A DNA stretch of 64,000 nt. Origin: Picochlorum sp. SENEW3 (taxonomy: Eukaryota). The stretch spans positions 620,001 through 684,000 of the forward strand of contig CP120454.1 of the NCBI GenBank assembly GCA_034226945.1. Reading direction: 5' to 3'. Made by a program: the position numbers and the translations under genes. How positions within the stretch are numbered: position 1 is the stretch's first letter; each line of letters begins with the position of its first letter. The notes beneath the pieces are model-generated. The model saw only the letters and a list, made by a program, of their open reading frames with translations. It was not told the origin of the DNA and made no database searches. Below are positions 11,069 through 22,786 of this stretch, one piece after another.

Positions 11069-11132
11069 TTATTAAATATTATTTTTGGTTGTATGTATCT
11101 ACGGATGAAGAGAATGCATTAGAAATTGACAC

Positions 11133-12348
11133 ATGGTGGACGCATTGGCAAGCGAGCAGCATGTGTATGGAGGAGCTACTCCTGGCACGATGACACAGTT
11201 CCGTCAGGCAGAGAAGGAGTATCAGAGAAGTGTGAAGGAGATATTTAAACAGAGGTGTGTGTGCGTGCGGTGGTGACAAGGACTGAGAGAGTCCCTCTTG
11301 TCTCTGAGTCAGGTTACTCTTCTGAATATGTTTCATCTTGATCATGTTGCCTTGCAGGCGCGATGGGAAGAAGCGATTCGACAAGGTTGTGGAGAAGAGA
11401 GTAGATTTGACTCATGTCGTAGATGTTGATAGGCTGGATAGCAGTGTTGGGTCTTCGTCCTCAACCACTACTCAGTGGGGGCATATTGAGCAACACAGTG
11501 CACGTGGGAGTATTTTGCCGGATAATGCACGGGTGTATTCATTCTCAAGACATCCAGGGTTTTATATTATTCGACGGGCTATACCGGAATCTCTTATTGG
11601 ACGGATGGCACGTGACTGTTTCACCAGCCTTGTTCAGCCTCCAGGAACCACCAACTTTAACAAATCTCATGGTGTGAAATTGGCTCATGTGTGGGAGGCT
11701 GCGCATGAAGATAATATGAATCTTGTAGAAACACAGGAGACAGACTGTATAACAGAATGGTCAAGAAATGGGACCGGTCCTTCTGCACAGCATTTCCTGG
11801 ACAATCTACGTTGGGCCTCTATTGGCCCAGTGTATGACTGGACATCACGTCGATATAGAGTTGATGATGCTTATATCCCGCTGCCAGACTATATGGTGGA
11901 ATTTTCAAAGAATATTGTGTCTGTTGTACATGCCCTTGATTGCCAGCAATCTTTTGCCTTTCATCCAAATGCTGCATTGATAAATTATTATAGAGAAGGA
12001 GATAAGCTGTGTGGTCATCGGGATGATGCCGAACGCGATCAGACGAAACCATTGGTCAGTTGTAGTCTTGGATGTCCTGCAATATTTCTGATGGGTGGAT
12101 GTGACAAGAGCATGTGCCCCACGCCAATTCTCTTGAGACATGGTGATGTAGCAGTGCTGAGCGGTCAGGCTCGCGTTGCGTATCATGGTGTGCCACGGAT
12201 ATTCCCAGAAATAAGAAAGCTTTCTGTGTCGCCAGAAATGGAGGAGCCATATCCACGAGATTGCCTTGTGGGACTAGAAGACCACCCTGACATCAAGGCA
12301 TATTTGGAAAATTGTCGCATCAACGTTTCCATACGGGAAGTTTCATAA
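11133..12348 (+). CDS. AlkB-family 2OG-Fe(II) dioxygenase (ALKBH1-like)
   Basis: LRWASIG..YDW, NYY..GHRDDAE, HGVPRI, RINVSIR motifs; first exon from ATG 11133 with a GT-AG intron ending at 11357. Confidence 0.88.
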
Positions 12349-12384
12349 AAGAAAACAAAGATGCAAATATATATATATATATAC

Positions 12385-13053
12385 TCATGGCGCTAAAGAA
12401 ATATCCTGGGTGAGTTCAGCATCATCATTCTTCTCTTCGCCATAGAGTCTCTTCATGGCTCTCTCTGCTGTGTTTGGAGGCTCTGTAGTCACCTCAGTCT
12501 TCTCATCCATCGAATCCAACAGCTTGTTTAATTTACCATATACATCTTCGAGTTTGGCTCGCAATTCGGGCATTCGAGCAGACGCATGAGCCAATTTGTC
12601 CTTCAGTGCCTCAGCATCCACCCCGTCAGACAGGGCAGCAGCATTTTCATGCGGGCGATCATCCTCCGAATCCTCTGTCGCAGTTGGAAGTTTCTCAAGA
12701 ATTTTCTTCTGGACAGTCTCTTGCACTGCCTGCTGCATATCTGCTCGGAGCTTTGCAATCCGCTCAGAGGCTACCCGAACCTTTTCCTCCAAAGCGTCAA
12801 CCTCAGGATCACACGGAGGAGGAGACAAGGGTGGCAGCTGAGGAGACCCAAAACCATCACCACCTATCCCTTCTTCTTCCTCTTCATTGTACCCTACAAA
12901 TTGCTTAATCTGGCGAAACACCTCCACCTGGACACCAATAAACCTCCAGTTAGAAACAGTGCACCTACAAGACAAGCACGCAACACAACCCACCGTAGAC
13001 GCTTCCATCTTTTCTATAGTCACTGGATCGTATTTATTTCCTTCCCTCTGCAA
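12385..13053 (-). CDS. Unknown coiled-coil protein (5' end uncertain)
   Basis: 222-aa ORF with long charged helical stretches; probable introns near the 5' end. Confidence 0.55.
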   Translation of the reverse strand: MQREGNKYDPVTIEKMEASTVGCVACLSCRCTVSNWRFIGVQVEVFRQIKQFVGYNEEEEEGIGGDGFGSPQLPPLSPPPCDPEVDALEEKVRVASERIAKLRADMQQAVQETVQKKILEKLPTATEDSEDDRPHENAAALSDGVDAEALKDKLAHASARMPELRAKLEDVYGKLNKLLDSMDEKTEVTTEPPNTAERAMKRLYGEEKNDDAELTQDISLAP

Positions 13054-13579
13054 TCAACACGTGCCGTGTGAAGGAATTCTCGAATCAACCGACGAGCAGT
13101 TACCTTGCAATTAAATCTCTTCCAGCACGCACCTCGATGTACTCTTGCATCGTATCATTTAATATTTGACCTAATGCAAGCATATCTTCCCTACTTTTTA
13201 GCTGTTGTCTGTCAAAGAGGGCAGCAGCTGACGACATGGTGGTTTTGTCGAAAGTGTTCAACAACCTCGAGCAAACGTGGCAATTCTGGGAGTCTTTCTA
13301 TACGTATATGAAATATTTTGAACTATTTTTGTAGACTTAATGGGGTGTTGATGCTATTTTCTACATCTATTGAATGCTTGCAAGTGAGGCCCTCATGACA
13401 AGTTTCCTCTTCTTGATCCAACACCCTCTGTTGGAGGCCAAGTAGCTATGTGGAAATCTGCTTCATATTACATGGAAGGTGTACAATATCGACGAAAGTT
13501 GTTGTTTCATTCAATGGTATCAGTTCTTATGTACGAAAGATTTCTCTTCTGCTGAGATACACTGGCCAGTGTATTGAAA

Positions 13580-15376
13580 TTACATGAATCCTGTTCCAAG
13601 TTTCAAGCCAGCAAGGTAGTCCGATAGCTTGTCATCTTCTCCGGATTTTTTTTCATCGTCTGCGTATCGTTCGAGTTCATCCGAGAGCGCCGTGGAATCT
13701 TCTTGACCAAAAAAGCCATAGCGTGAGGCATTGAACGTGGATGAACTGTGTTCCACCTTGGACGTGAGCCATTCTTCATCCACGACATTCTTCTTCACAT
13801 TGGTCTGCTGGTCTTCTGAAATGATTTGGTCGAGTAAAGCTTGCTCATGATCATCTTCTGCGATACTCGTACTCTTTGATGTTGGAGAGAGTGTTGACTG
13901 CTGTACGTTGACTGGCAGTGATGTTGATGATACATTTCCAATGGAACCGACGGGAGAGCTTGGGGAAGGAGCCGACAGATTACCAAAGGAATGGCTCCTT
14001 GTGCCACCAGCGAATGGCGGTGCTGTGGGCACACCATTGCCATTGGGCAAAGGTACTCGTTCACAGGCCAGCCTGTGTGATTCGGCGACAACGCGAACAT
14101 CTGACGCGCTCAATCCCCCGAGCAATCCTGCATTTACTGCCCCTTCAACGGAAATTCCTAATTGGGCAAGCGTTTTCCCAATATCCTGAAGGTTTTGCGT
14201 GGAATTCGCACTCCTCGGTATATGACCATTGGCAGGCATGCTTGCCTGCCCATTCTGATAGTACATGGATGGGGTTTGTTGCCTCATGGCATCGCCATAC
14301 ATTGGTTGCTGGTATTGGGGATTTCTCAATCCATTCTCAATCCCTTGATGTGAAGTGGCACCATTCAGATACTGCTGAGCATTAATTCTTGCAGCCAAAT
14401 CAGACGTATGGGAGCCACTGCGAGCCATTGCCAACAATTGGTCCTCGAGACTCATCCCTCCCGAGGTATTCTGATATGCAGGTTTTTGAGCATGCATGGC
14501 TAACATAGCCTCTCTTTGAATCTGACTCAGCCGCGCTTGGGCCTGTCCTGCTGCTGCTGCCGCAGCAATCCTCTCTTGTTGAAGTCGTACTGCCTCAGAC
14601 AGAGACCCTTGAGGACCAACTGGATACTGTGGCCTCTGCTCTCGGGCGTAATACGCATTGGCATAGTCTGGTACTGCGGTAGACATCCCATTTCCACTTG
14701 AATATGATGGCTGCTGCCTCTGTACCGTAGGCATTGCATAACCTGGATGAGCAGCAGTTCGCTGCTGCTGTTGTTGCTGAATGTACTGCTGCAACACCTG
14801 TAACTCATACACACTCAGTTGCTTTCCCTGAAGATAATCCTGTATGATCCTCTGCAGCACATCCGACCGCTTCCTCGCTTGTTGCTGTTGTTGCTGCTGC
14901 TGTTGTTGTAGTAAAATCTGCTGAGCTTCCCTCTGCTGCTGCTGTTGCAGCAGCATTGCCAATCTCACTTGATTGTCATTCTGCCCACCATTCATCTGTA
15001 CTCCCTGCTGCATGCCCCGACTCGTCTGGGCGACTCCAGAAATCGCTGAATTATTCGCTTTCGCGGCCCACTCTTGAAGCTGCGCGATCGTCTTCATCGC
15101 CGCCGCTTTCCTCTCTTCCTCCGTCATCTCACGCGGCATGGCTCTGTCCGCTGATCCATGCTCCTCGCCCTCAGAAAACAAACTCTGCGGCAACGCGACA
15201 GTCACCCCCTCATCTTCCTTTGAATTCTCTGCAGTATCATCTACAGAACCAAGTGTGCCATTCTTCTCAGCTAATTCATTCATTGTACCAATAGTTTTTG
15301 ATGTATCACTCTGTGCCTCATATGCACTGCCAACGGATGGAGCTGCTGACGATTCAACAACGTCATCCACAGACAT
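13580..15376 (-). CDS. Gln-rich, largely low-complexity protein of unknown function
   Basis: 598-aa uninterrupted ORF with polyQ tracts. Confidence 0.75.
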   Translation of the reverse strand: MSVDDVVESSAAPSVGSAYEAQSDTSKTIGTMNELAEKNGTLGSVDDTAENSKEDEGVTVALPQSLFSEGEEHGSADRAMPREMTEEERKAAAMKTIAQLQEWAAKANNSAISGVAQTSRGMQQGVQMNGGQNDNQVRLAMLLQQQQQREAQQILLQQQQQQQQQQARKRSDVLQRIIQDYLQGKQLSVYELQVLQQYIQQQQQQRTAAHPGYAMPTVQRQQPSYSSGNGMSTAVPDYANAYYAREQRPQYPVGPQGSLSEAVRLQQERIAAAAAAGQAQARLSQIQREAMLAMHAQKPAYQNTSGGMSLEDQLLAMARSGSHTSDLAARINAQQYLNGATSHQGIENGLRNPQYQQPMYGDAMRQQTPSMYYQNGQASMPANGHIPRSANSTQNLQDIGKTLAQLGISVEGAVNAGLLGGLSASDVRVVAESHRLACERVPLPNGNGVPTAPPFAGGTRSHSFGNLSAPSPSSPVGSIGNVSSTSLPVNVQQSTLSPTSKSTSIAEDDHEQALLDQIISEDQQTNVKKNVVDEEWLTSKVEHSSSTFNASRYGFFGQEDSTALSDELERYADDEKKSGEDDKLSDYLAGLKLGTGFM

Positions 15377-15662
15377 GGCAAAAACACTACTTCACAATAT
15401 AAATATATCCCTGAATTAAATACGTTTCTTTCGTTCGTCGCGTGGGTGACGTGCCCAGCCTTCAACCACACTCCGGGCCCAGAGAAAAACAGAAAACAAA
15501 ACAAATGCTGCTCTTCCCTTCACCTGATATACAGCCTTTTTAATGGGGTCAATCCAATCAAAACATAAATCCTATGAACACCCACGTATAAAATGTACCA
15601 TGAACTGCATGTACAGAGACACTGAATATCACCTGAGAAGGAAGAACCACACCCTGTTGCTT

Positions 15663-16090
15663 TTAGTTGCACACCGTGCTCCAAGGCGACCGGCGTGTCT
15701 CAGTCTGCCAGCAATCGTATTATATAGATAAATTCGGCATACCTTGATATATACCCACGGATACCTCGTAAGTATCCCACCCTCTCGTGTGCCTTGTACC
15801 AAACTGTCCAAAACTTTATCCACTTCGACAAAGTCGCCTGGCAGTCTTGCCTTCCCTGATCCGTCGTCGAATCCCCTCACAGTCACAAAATTAGTAAAAT
15901 TATTAGACGAGCATGCGTGTGTTTGCACGGTTGTCTGGATCATGATCTTCTGGCGTTGGACGAGCGCTCCGAGCAAACCAAAATTCCTAGATTAGGTATA
16001 TTAAATAATAAATACCCTATGTAGGGTATTTGTATGCATGCTTGAGCATCTTCCTGCTGTGTTATACCAGCGCTGCTGATGAGGACGCAT
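15663..16090 (-). CDS. Small unknown protein (about 100 aa, two introns), possibly mitochondrial
   Basis: Manual model MRPHQQRW-NFGLLGALVQRQK...TRYPWVYIK-TETRRSPWSTVCN* with GT-AG introns; head-to-head with the RsmE gene. Confidence 0.4.
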
Positions 16091-16183
16091 TATTTTAAAA
16101 AAAAAAGCATATATTTCTTTTTGATACATGTTTTGGTTTCACAGAGTACCATATTGGTTGCGTAGAGCATCATTACGATTGGC

Positions 16184-17209
16184 ATGGCCTTGACCTCCAG
16201 GGTGAACACCAAACCCAGTTGTGGTCGTGCCACAGGCCTTCCATGTACTCCAAATTCGGTACTGCATCCCTCTATACAAATATATAGGTGTATTGAGAGT
16301 GGTTTGAGGCAATGGCGATGCCATCCGGTGTGTCTTTCATCTGCTTCAAAGGCATATACTGATAGACAGAAAAGGCCACCTGTATTCCATCATCGCAACG
16401 ATTCGGCTGTCAAACTTGGACAGTGTAACATAGGAGACTATATTGCTCTGAATGAAGATGAATCGAAGCATGCGTGTGTGGTGTTACGGCTCAAGGATGG
16501 TGATGTGGTGGAACTTTATGATGGATATGGAACAGTTGTTTCAGGGAAATTGGCCCTCTCAGGTGGTAGACAAGATAATGAGGAAAGTTCTAAGAAAAAC
16601 AAATCTGCTAGATTGCGGCGTAAACGGAATGTTGGAGGGGCTGGTGTGCTCCTGGAAACAGAACCCAAGCACTATGAGCAGCCACATCCACAGTGGCTTG
16701 TGGCGGTCGCGTGTGGCTCGTTGAAAGGTGGTCGAGGAGACTGGATGATTGAAAAACTAGCAGAAATAGGAGCTGCGGGATTCATACCATTGCTGACTGA
16801 GAGGTCGCCCAAAATTGATACTGGTGGTACTAGTGGTAGAGAGGAACGATGGGAAAGGTTGTCCATCTCGGTCATGAAACAGTCACTGCAACCATACAAG
16901 ATGACTTTATACGATCCATGTTCAGTCCAAGAACTTGTGTCCGAGTATATCATAAACCAGGACAAGGCTGTGGCTTTTGTTGGTGTAGAGGATGCTCAAC
17001 CACTGCATCCATTCTGGGTCTCTTCCATGCAGCGAGAATTCGGCACAGGTCTCATTATCATTGGTCCTGAGGGTGATTTTACAGCAGAAGAAAGTCAGAT
17101 ATTAGAGGGCCACGGCACATACCCTGTAGGCCTGGGAAATAAAAGGCTCCGAACAGAAACTGCAGCCATTACCATGTTGGCATACATGACAGTAGCGCAA
17201 AGTCTATAA
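16184..17209 (+). CDS. rsmE: RsmE-family 16S rRNA m3U1498 methyltransferase (organellar)
   Basis: HACVVLRLKDGD, DWMIEKLAEIG, IIIGPEGDFT, LGNKRLRTETAA SPOUT motifs; N-terminal targeting extension. Confidence 0.9.
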   Translation: MALTSRVNTKPSCGRATGLPCTPNSVLHPSIQIYRCIESGLRQWRCHPVCLSSASKAYTDRQKRPPVFHHRNDSAVKLGQCNIGDYIALNEDESKHACVVLRLKDGDVVELYDGYGTVVSGKLALSGGRQDNEESSKKNKSARLRRKRNVGGAGVLLETEPKHYEQPHPQWLVAVACGSLKGGRGDWMIEKLAEIGAAGFIPLLTERSPKIDTGGTSGREERWERLSISVMKQSLQPYKMTLYDPCSVQELVSEYIINQDKAVAFVGVEDAQPLHPFWVSSMQREFGTGLIIIGPEGDFTAEESQILEGHGTYPVGLGNKRLRTETAAITMLAYMTVAQSL

Positions 17210-17265
17210 TAATTTAGTATTACTACTACCTTATAGTATTCATGTATGAAATTCGTAAATAAATA

Positions 17266-18312
17266 TTACTCAGAATTCGCCTGCTTTTTTCGCTTTTTCT
17301 TTGGTTTCTCCACCTGACAGCCAGGGCACTGTGATGCATCATGCTGATCATCATCATGTGTATCAAACGCCCCATCATGAGCAAGCATTCGCGTGGCAGA
17401 AACCATATCTATCTGATTACGAATATCTGCAGGGAGATTCTTCCGAAATCGCTCAAGATCCTCATTCTCACTCGGATGATCACTCAGCACAAGAACATCA
17501 GAGGGTGATGATCCATCCAAGCCTAGGAACTGAGCCAGCAACTTGTGTCGCTGTTCCGTCTTTTCTCTATATTTCTTTCTACTATCTTCATCCCCTTCGA
17601 TCCACCGACCTCCCCCAGGACATTCGCACGAGCAAATATCACACGCCTCATCCTCCCGACAAATCTCTAATTGTTGATCGACATCTGCAGCCATTAGTTC
17701 TCCATTATCTTTACACCGAGGACAATTTCGACACGGAGGAGCCATTTCTCTACACTGACATTTTCTAAACTGCATGAGAGTTCCATCTGGACCCAATTTT
17801 GTGTTCACCTTGCCATCCCTCACAGTATACGTGTGATTGCACCACGGACAGCTCTCCACCGGAATTGACACCGACTCTTTCTTTTCCACATCACCTCCTG
17901 GCAATGATTCTCGTGTCTTCTCTTGCATGGCGTGAACCTCAGCCGCTGCCTGCGCCTCCTTCCTCCTCTTCACCTCGCTTGCTAGAATATCAGACAATGA
18001 CGACAACACCTTCCTTTCCTCCCGCATCTCTTTCAGTCTCACTTGAAAATCACTTGCTTTTTTCACCTCGTCATGCCAAATAGCTAGAGATTCCGGCGTG
18101 CCGTCCCGCTTGTACGCAACCCTCTTGTCCACCTTGGACCGTTCAAGTTCCTTGGCCCTATCCCTCCCTTCTCGTAGCTGCTTCTCCAATTCCAACAGCT
18201 CTTTATACACTGAAACACTCCATTCTGCAAGTTTATCATCCTCAGTATCCCGAATGTTATCTGCATACTGAGCAGAAACCTCCTCACCAATCTTTTTCTG
18301 CGTCTTTACCAT
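17266..18312 (-). CDS. Unknown protein: coiled coil plus Cys-rich putative zinc-binding region and basic NLS-like tail
   Basis: 348-aa ORF; CPWCNH...CQC...CRNCPRC...CDICSCEC; C-terminal KPKKKRKK. Confidence 0.65.
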   Translation of the reverse strand: MVKTQKKIGEEVSAQYADNIRDTEDDKLAEWSVSVYKELLELEKQLREGRDRAKELERSKVDKRVAYKRDGTPESLAIWHDEVKKASDFQVRLKEMREERKVLSSLSDILASEVKRRKEAQAAAEVHAMQEKTRESLPGGDVEKKESVSIPVESCPWCNHTYTVRDGKVNTKLGPDGTLMQFRKCQCREMAPPCRNCPRCKDNGELMAADVDQQLEICREDEACDICSCECPGGGRWIEGDEDSRKKYREKTEQRHKLLAQFLGLDGSSPSDVLVLSDHPSENEDLERFRKNLPADIRNQIDMVSATRMLAHDGAFDTHDDDQHDASQCPGCQVEKPKKKRKKQANSE

Positions 18313-18977
18313 ATTTCAGCAGATGACACTCGATGACGCCTCAAATGGCATTTCCACGGTATTATTAGTCCATTTCAATCAAATTTGTGAAAGAATGCGA
18401 GAGTTTACGGCACGAAGTATACTCCATGAGTTTCTATTTTAATGCATCTGATTACGGAAGAGTGCCTTCCTTAAAAAGCATTTTGTGAACAGAATTTCCC
18501 GTCTCGAGGCAAGCCTTGCATTCTTTCTCTGATTGAAGGCATTGCTGTCCTCCTCTTCTCCTTGTTCCAGTTCGTCTTCGTCTCCGCGCGGAAGACCCAT
18601 CCACTATGATGTACAGGCTCCTAATCCACACAGATAGATATATCGACGTGTATAATTCATTTATTCTGACGAGAAGCGCCCAAATCCACCATCACAAATC
18701 CCACCACAACACTGGACAGACCATCCGGGCCTCCGAGATCTATCTCGGATTTGGACCCTCCAAAATCGGCCATTTTGAGATCTCCAAATGAGGCTACAGC
18801 CGGGAATGCCTCATTTCCGCCAAAGCCAAAATCGGCCCAAATGAGGGCCTCCCGGATAGCTATAGGGAGTTCAAATTTCGAATCAAAAAAATGCACTACC
18901 CCATGACCCAGGAGCCGTCATTCCCCAAAAAAATTAATCTTTTTTTGTGCGGACAACGGACTCATCTAGGGAGTAAA

Positions 18978-20243
18978 ATGGATAGAAAATATACCATTAT
19001 TGTATATATACTCGCGTTCCTGTGCATGACATGGCGAACCGCGCTGGCTTCGGCGTCTCATGGAGGAAATTGCGTGCGCGAACCAGAACATGACGACGAG
19101 GAGCATTCTGAGCTGCTCGGTGAGGAGGAACATGAAGACCATGAAGATCATGAAGATGAAGATGATAGTTACAACCTTGATTTGGCTATAGCCAGTGTTT
19201 TCGTTGTCTGGTTCGTTTCATTTCTCGGGGCCGGATTTCCCCTTCTGTTGGCGATCAAGAGGCATCCATGGGTGGTTATGGCGATTAAATTTGGATCATT
19301 TGCTGGGAGTGGGGTTATGTTGGCGACTGGGTTTGTGCATATGTTGTTTGCTGCGAATGAGAATCTGTCGAGCAATTGCCTGCCTGAGAGTTGGACGAGC
19401 CGATATGGTCCATGGGCGTACTTGTTTGCTGTTCTCACGATTATAATGATGCAAACGATTGATTATATCCTCTTTTTGTTCTTATATCCGGTGACTAGAG
19501 CGGATGGCACGGAGGAGAGGTTTTCTTTGGGTCAAGGGGAGGCTGCCCCTCTTCCTGGGGCTGGTTTGGAAGGAGCTGCGTTGGATGGTCGGTCAGATGG
19601 AGGTATGGTGAATGGATTGGTACCTTCTCAGTATAGAGATGATTCACTTGATGTGATGGAGAAGTCGGATAGTGATTCTGGGGCAGAGTGCAACAAGCAT
19701 GTGAGATGCAAGGATGATGATTGCAATTCCCGTGTGCTGCTGCATTCAACCATGCCAAAGGGGAAATTGCTGTCGAACATTATTGTATCAGAAGTATCAA
19801 TTTGTGTGCATTCGGTTATTATTGGGGTGACACTCGGAACAACATCATCCTCAGAATTCGTGGCATTGTTTGTAGCGATTATATTCCATCAGTTGTTGGA
19901 AGGTGTTGCTCTTGGGTCCACTGCATCAGACAGTGGACTGGGTTCCAAAATAGTGTTGATCTTTGCTGCTATATATAGTGTGACGACACCAATTGGAATC
20001 GCGATTGGAATCGGTGTGAGGCAGTCCTTGGATACAAGTAGCCCTGGTTTCTTGTACACAACTGGAGTTTTAGACTCTATCGCAGCAGGAGCTTTGATAT
20101 TCCTTGCGCTTGGAGATCATATGAATTCCATTCGTACGCAAGCCAAGTGGATGAGGCAGTCTAGTGTGTATATTCAACTTGCATGCTTTGGGTTCTTCTA
20201 TACCGGAGCTGCAATCTTGTTGGTGTTGGCAATTTGGGCTTGA
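18978..20243 (+). CDS. ZIP-family zinc/iron transporter (ZRT/IRT-like)
   Basis: Signal peptide, His/Glu-rich N-terminus, GVMLATGFVHML, CVHSVIIG, IFHQLLEGVALG, TTPIGIAIG. Confidence 0.93.
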   Translation: MDRKYTIIVYILAFLCMTWRTALASASHGGNCVREPEHDDEEHSELLGEEEHEDHEDHEDEDDSYNLDLAIASVFVVWFVSFLGAGFPLLLAIKRHPWVVMAIKFGSFAGSGVMLATGFVHMLFAANENLSSNCLPESWTSRYGPWAYLFAVLTIIMMQTIDYILFLFLYPVTRADGTEERFSLGQGEAAPLPGAGLEGAALDGRSDGGMVNGLVPSQYRDDSLDVMEKSDSDSGAECNKHVRCKDDDCNSRVLLHSTMPKGKLLSNIIVSEVSICVHSVIIGVTLGTTSSSEFVALFVAIIFHQLLEGVALGSTASDSGLGSKIVLIFAAIYSVTTPIGIAIGIGVRQSLDTSSPGFLYTTGVLDSIAAGALIFLALGDHMNSIRTQAKWMRQSSVYIQLACFGFFYTGAAILLVLAIWA

Positions 20244-20306
20244 GAGATTGATTGATTTGTATTCTTTTACCTTGTGTTTTGTTGCATGTTGTCGATGTAA
20301 AAATGA

Positions 20307-22786
20307 TTACGCCAAGAACGTTTGATATTCACTGAGACGCTGGTATGCTTGCTGGGAAATCCTATCAGGTATGGCTGCAGCAAAGGAAACGAGGATGTGC
20401 AGCAGATCCGGCTTTTCCAATTTCATCAGTGCTTCTCCTCCTGCTAGCAGAATAGACTGAATCATTCCCACCACGGCAGGGTGGGACCCTTTCAGATGGT
20501 GAACACATGCTTGTACTCGATACCGATCCGAGGGAATAAAGCCTAGTTCCCAGAGATGTTCTAGCACCTCATGATGGTTTCCAGATCTCCAGTTCTTTAT
20601 AATCTTGTAGATGATCTTCAACTGTTCAAACGCTTCCTTTTCTCTTCCAGAAAACTCATCTTTAGTGTATATTGCCTCCTCTGCAGCTTCTGCTCTAGAG
20701 CAGAGCTCCAAGACCGTGTCATCGCCAGCATATTCTGTGGATGTCATTTCAATCGCCTCTGCAATACGGTGATTGAGGATCCGGAGAGCATGTGCAGGCC
20801 TCTCAGCAACCATGTATAGTTCTACAGCTTCCTCAAATTGTGCTGCAGACGCGCATTCTTGGGCAACGGATTGAAGAACCTCTAAACGGTGCTGCCTGTC
20901 TGGGAAAAATACGGCAAGAGCGCCCCCTTCGGAAACTGCACCGCCAGACCCAAGCAAAACACCATAAGCATGGCTCTCCGTCAATAATTCTTTCAGTAGT
21001 CTACCTTTCACTTCCAGACTTCCTCCCATCACCAGAGACGCGATTATGTAGTATTCCAAGGCGAGGGAAACGTCTTGGTGGATCAGTGAGTATGCATACT
21101 GATGGACACTTGATGCAGACACACTCGTCTCTAAGCCATCCAGCACGCGATGATACCACATGCAGATTGCAAAATGAACTGAATCAATTCGAAACTCGTG
21201 AGTGGATTTGTTGGTTGCAAGATATTCAATTGCTTTGTCTGCTTGCAGACTCATCAACAAAACGGCTGCATACAAGAGTGGCTCTTGGCCTCCCTTTGAA
21301 TAATGAGCAGCAGAGTACTGGTTGATTTGAGACTGGAAATCAGCCAATGTATACAACTCCAGTCGTGAGGATCCAATAGATCCTATTCTTTTTGATCCAT
21401 CCACGCGTATGAGAGAGAGACGGAACCATGTATAATCCTCGATTGTGGGGAAGAAACTGTGGAAATCGCGGCTCAAACAGTCTGCACAGCGAGCACTGCC
21501 TGCTGCAAGAGCACAGACAGCAGCCATGTAACTCTGGCGAAGTTCCCCCTCCCCGTGAGAGGAGGCAAGCAATTTTTCAGATTCTGCAAGAGCCGTTGCG
21601 GCCATTTCTCCAGTCAATGGCTTGCAACCTCCATCAATCCATTCCTCAATCCATTCCCCAACTGAACTTGAGTAGTCATTTTTCACCTTCAATGCGATAA
21701 TATCTTTCGCTTCTTTGGTATATCCTGCCCGCAAACAGAAATAAATACGTGCCCATACTGTATCCACACCTCCTGGGCTATCGAAATCGAGAGGACCCCT
21801 ATTCTTTTCCTTCACCCTTAGATATGCCTCCACCAATCGTGATTTATCAGGGTGACCTCCAAGAGTTGCCACAGTTCGATGATGTTGAACCACACTTTGC
21901 ATATGGGCACAGAAATTATCTTCCAAATATGATTTCACTCCATCGATCATCAACATTTGCTTCTGAGAAACTGCAGAGGCAGGAATATCGGACACCCCGG
22001 CCAGCATTCTTTGACAAATAGTCCACAATCGCAAGAGAGTCGTTCCAGCACTATCCTTGCTACTCTGCGAACTGACCTTGCATGCTTCGGTAAACATAGA
22101 TACAGCATCAATCTTAGTACCATTTGCGATTGCAGCATTCAACGCCTTGACCACATCCGCATATTTTGCTGCTTTACCCCGAAGGACAAAGTTTGATGCG
22201 TCTCTCTTGGACAAGGCCGGCAGTGGAGCTCCAAATTGATCACCCGCATGAAACAGAGCCTTTTTCTGCTTTTGCCACGTTGAATCCAAATATGAATCAA
22301 TGTGCTTCTCGAATGATGAAATAGCATTCTCATGTGCCATCTGAATGGCAGCAGCTGAAACTGACTGGTGCACCTGCTGCACATAACTGTCCACATCAGC
22401 CCCACGTTGCTGCTGGACATCTTCACTCACAGGCATAATCTGAAAGTTTTGTAACGCCAAAGTATACTCCCGAGGGTTGAGGCCCTCTTGCGCCAGCAAT
22501 CGGCTCGCATCAAGGTATTTTGCTGTGGGGTCTCCCTGGGCAACACGACTTCTCAGGTGCTCGGAGAATTGCTCTATTTGATAAATATCTCGCTCCACCC
22601 GGGGGACATCAACATCCTATAGAGTATTAAATATCAGTCAACACGAGCAGATCCATAGAAAAAAAGCATGAGAGCAAGAGAACATCATTCCGTTCCCGCA
22701 ACGGATGGATGATTGACACGGACCTGTTTCACCAATTCTTCACTCCGAAGGAGCAAAGAATCCCAATCACTTGATTTACCATTCAT
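20307..22786 (-). CDS. NUP93: Nucleoporin Nup93/Nic96
   Basis: WARIYFCLRAG, TIEDYTWFRLS, DSVHFAI motifs; short first exon from ATG 22786 and one intron. Confidence 0.88.

Noticed and set aside
12385..13053. Possible kinetochore Nsl1/Mis14 identity of the coiled-coil protein
   Set aside because: The resemblance is limited to a short coiled-coil segment and is too weak to call without a profile search
16184..17209. Bacterial-type genes (rsmE, tatC, grpE, ycf45-like, RNase II) as contamination or recent HGT
   Set aside because: They have N-terminal targeting extensions and sit among intron-containing nuclear genes; normal organelle-targeted genes
18940..18972. Helitron 3' end (CTAG at about 18966)
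   Set aside because: No clear GC-rich hairpin at the right spacing, the next base is not T, and no 5' TC end or Rep/helicase gene was found
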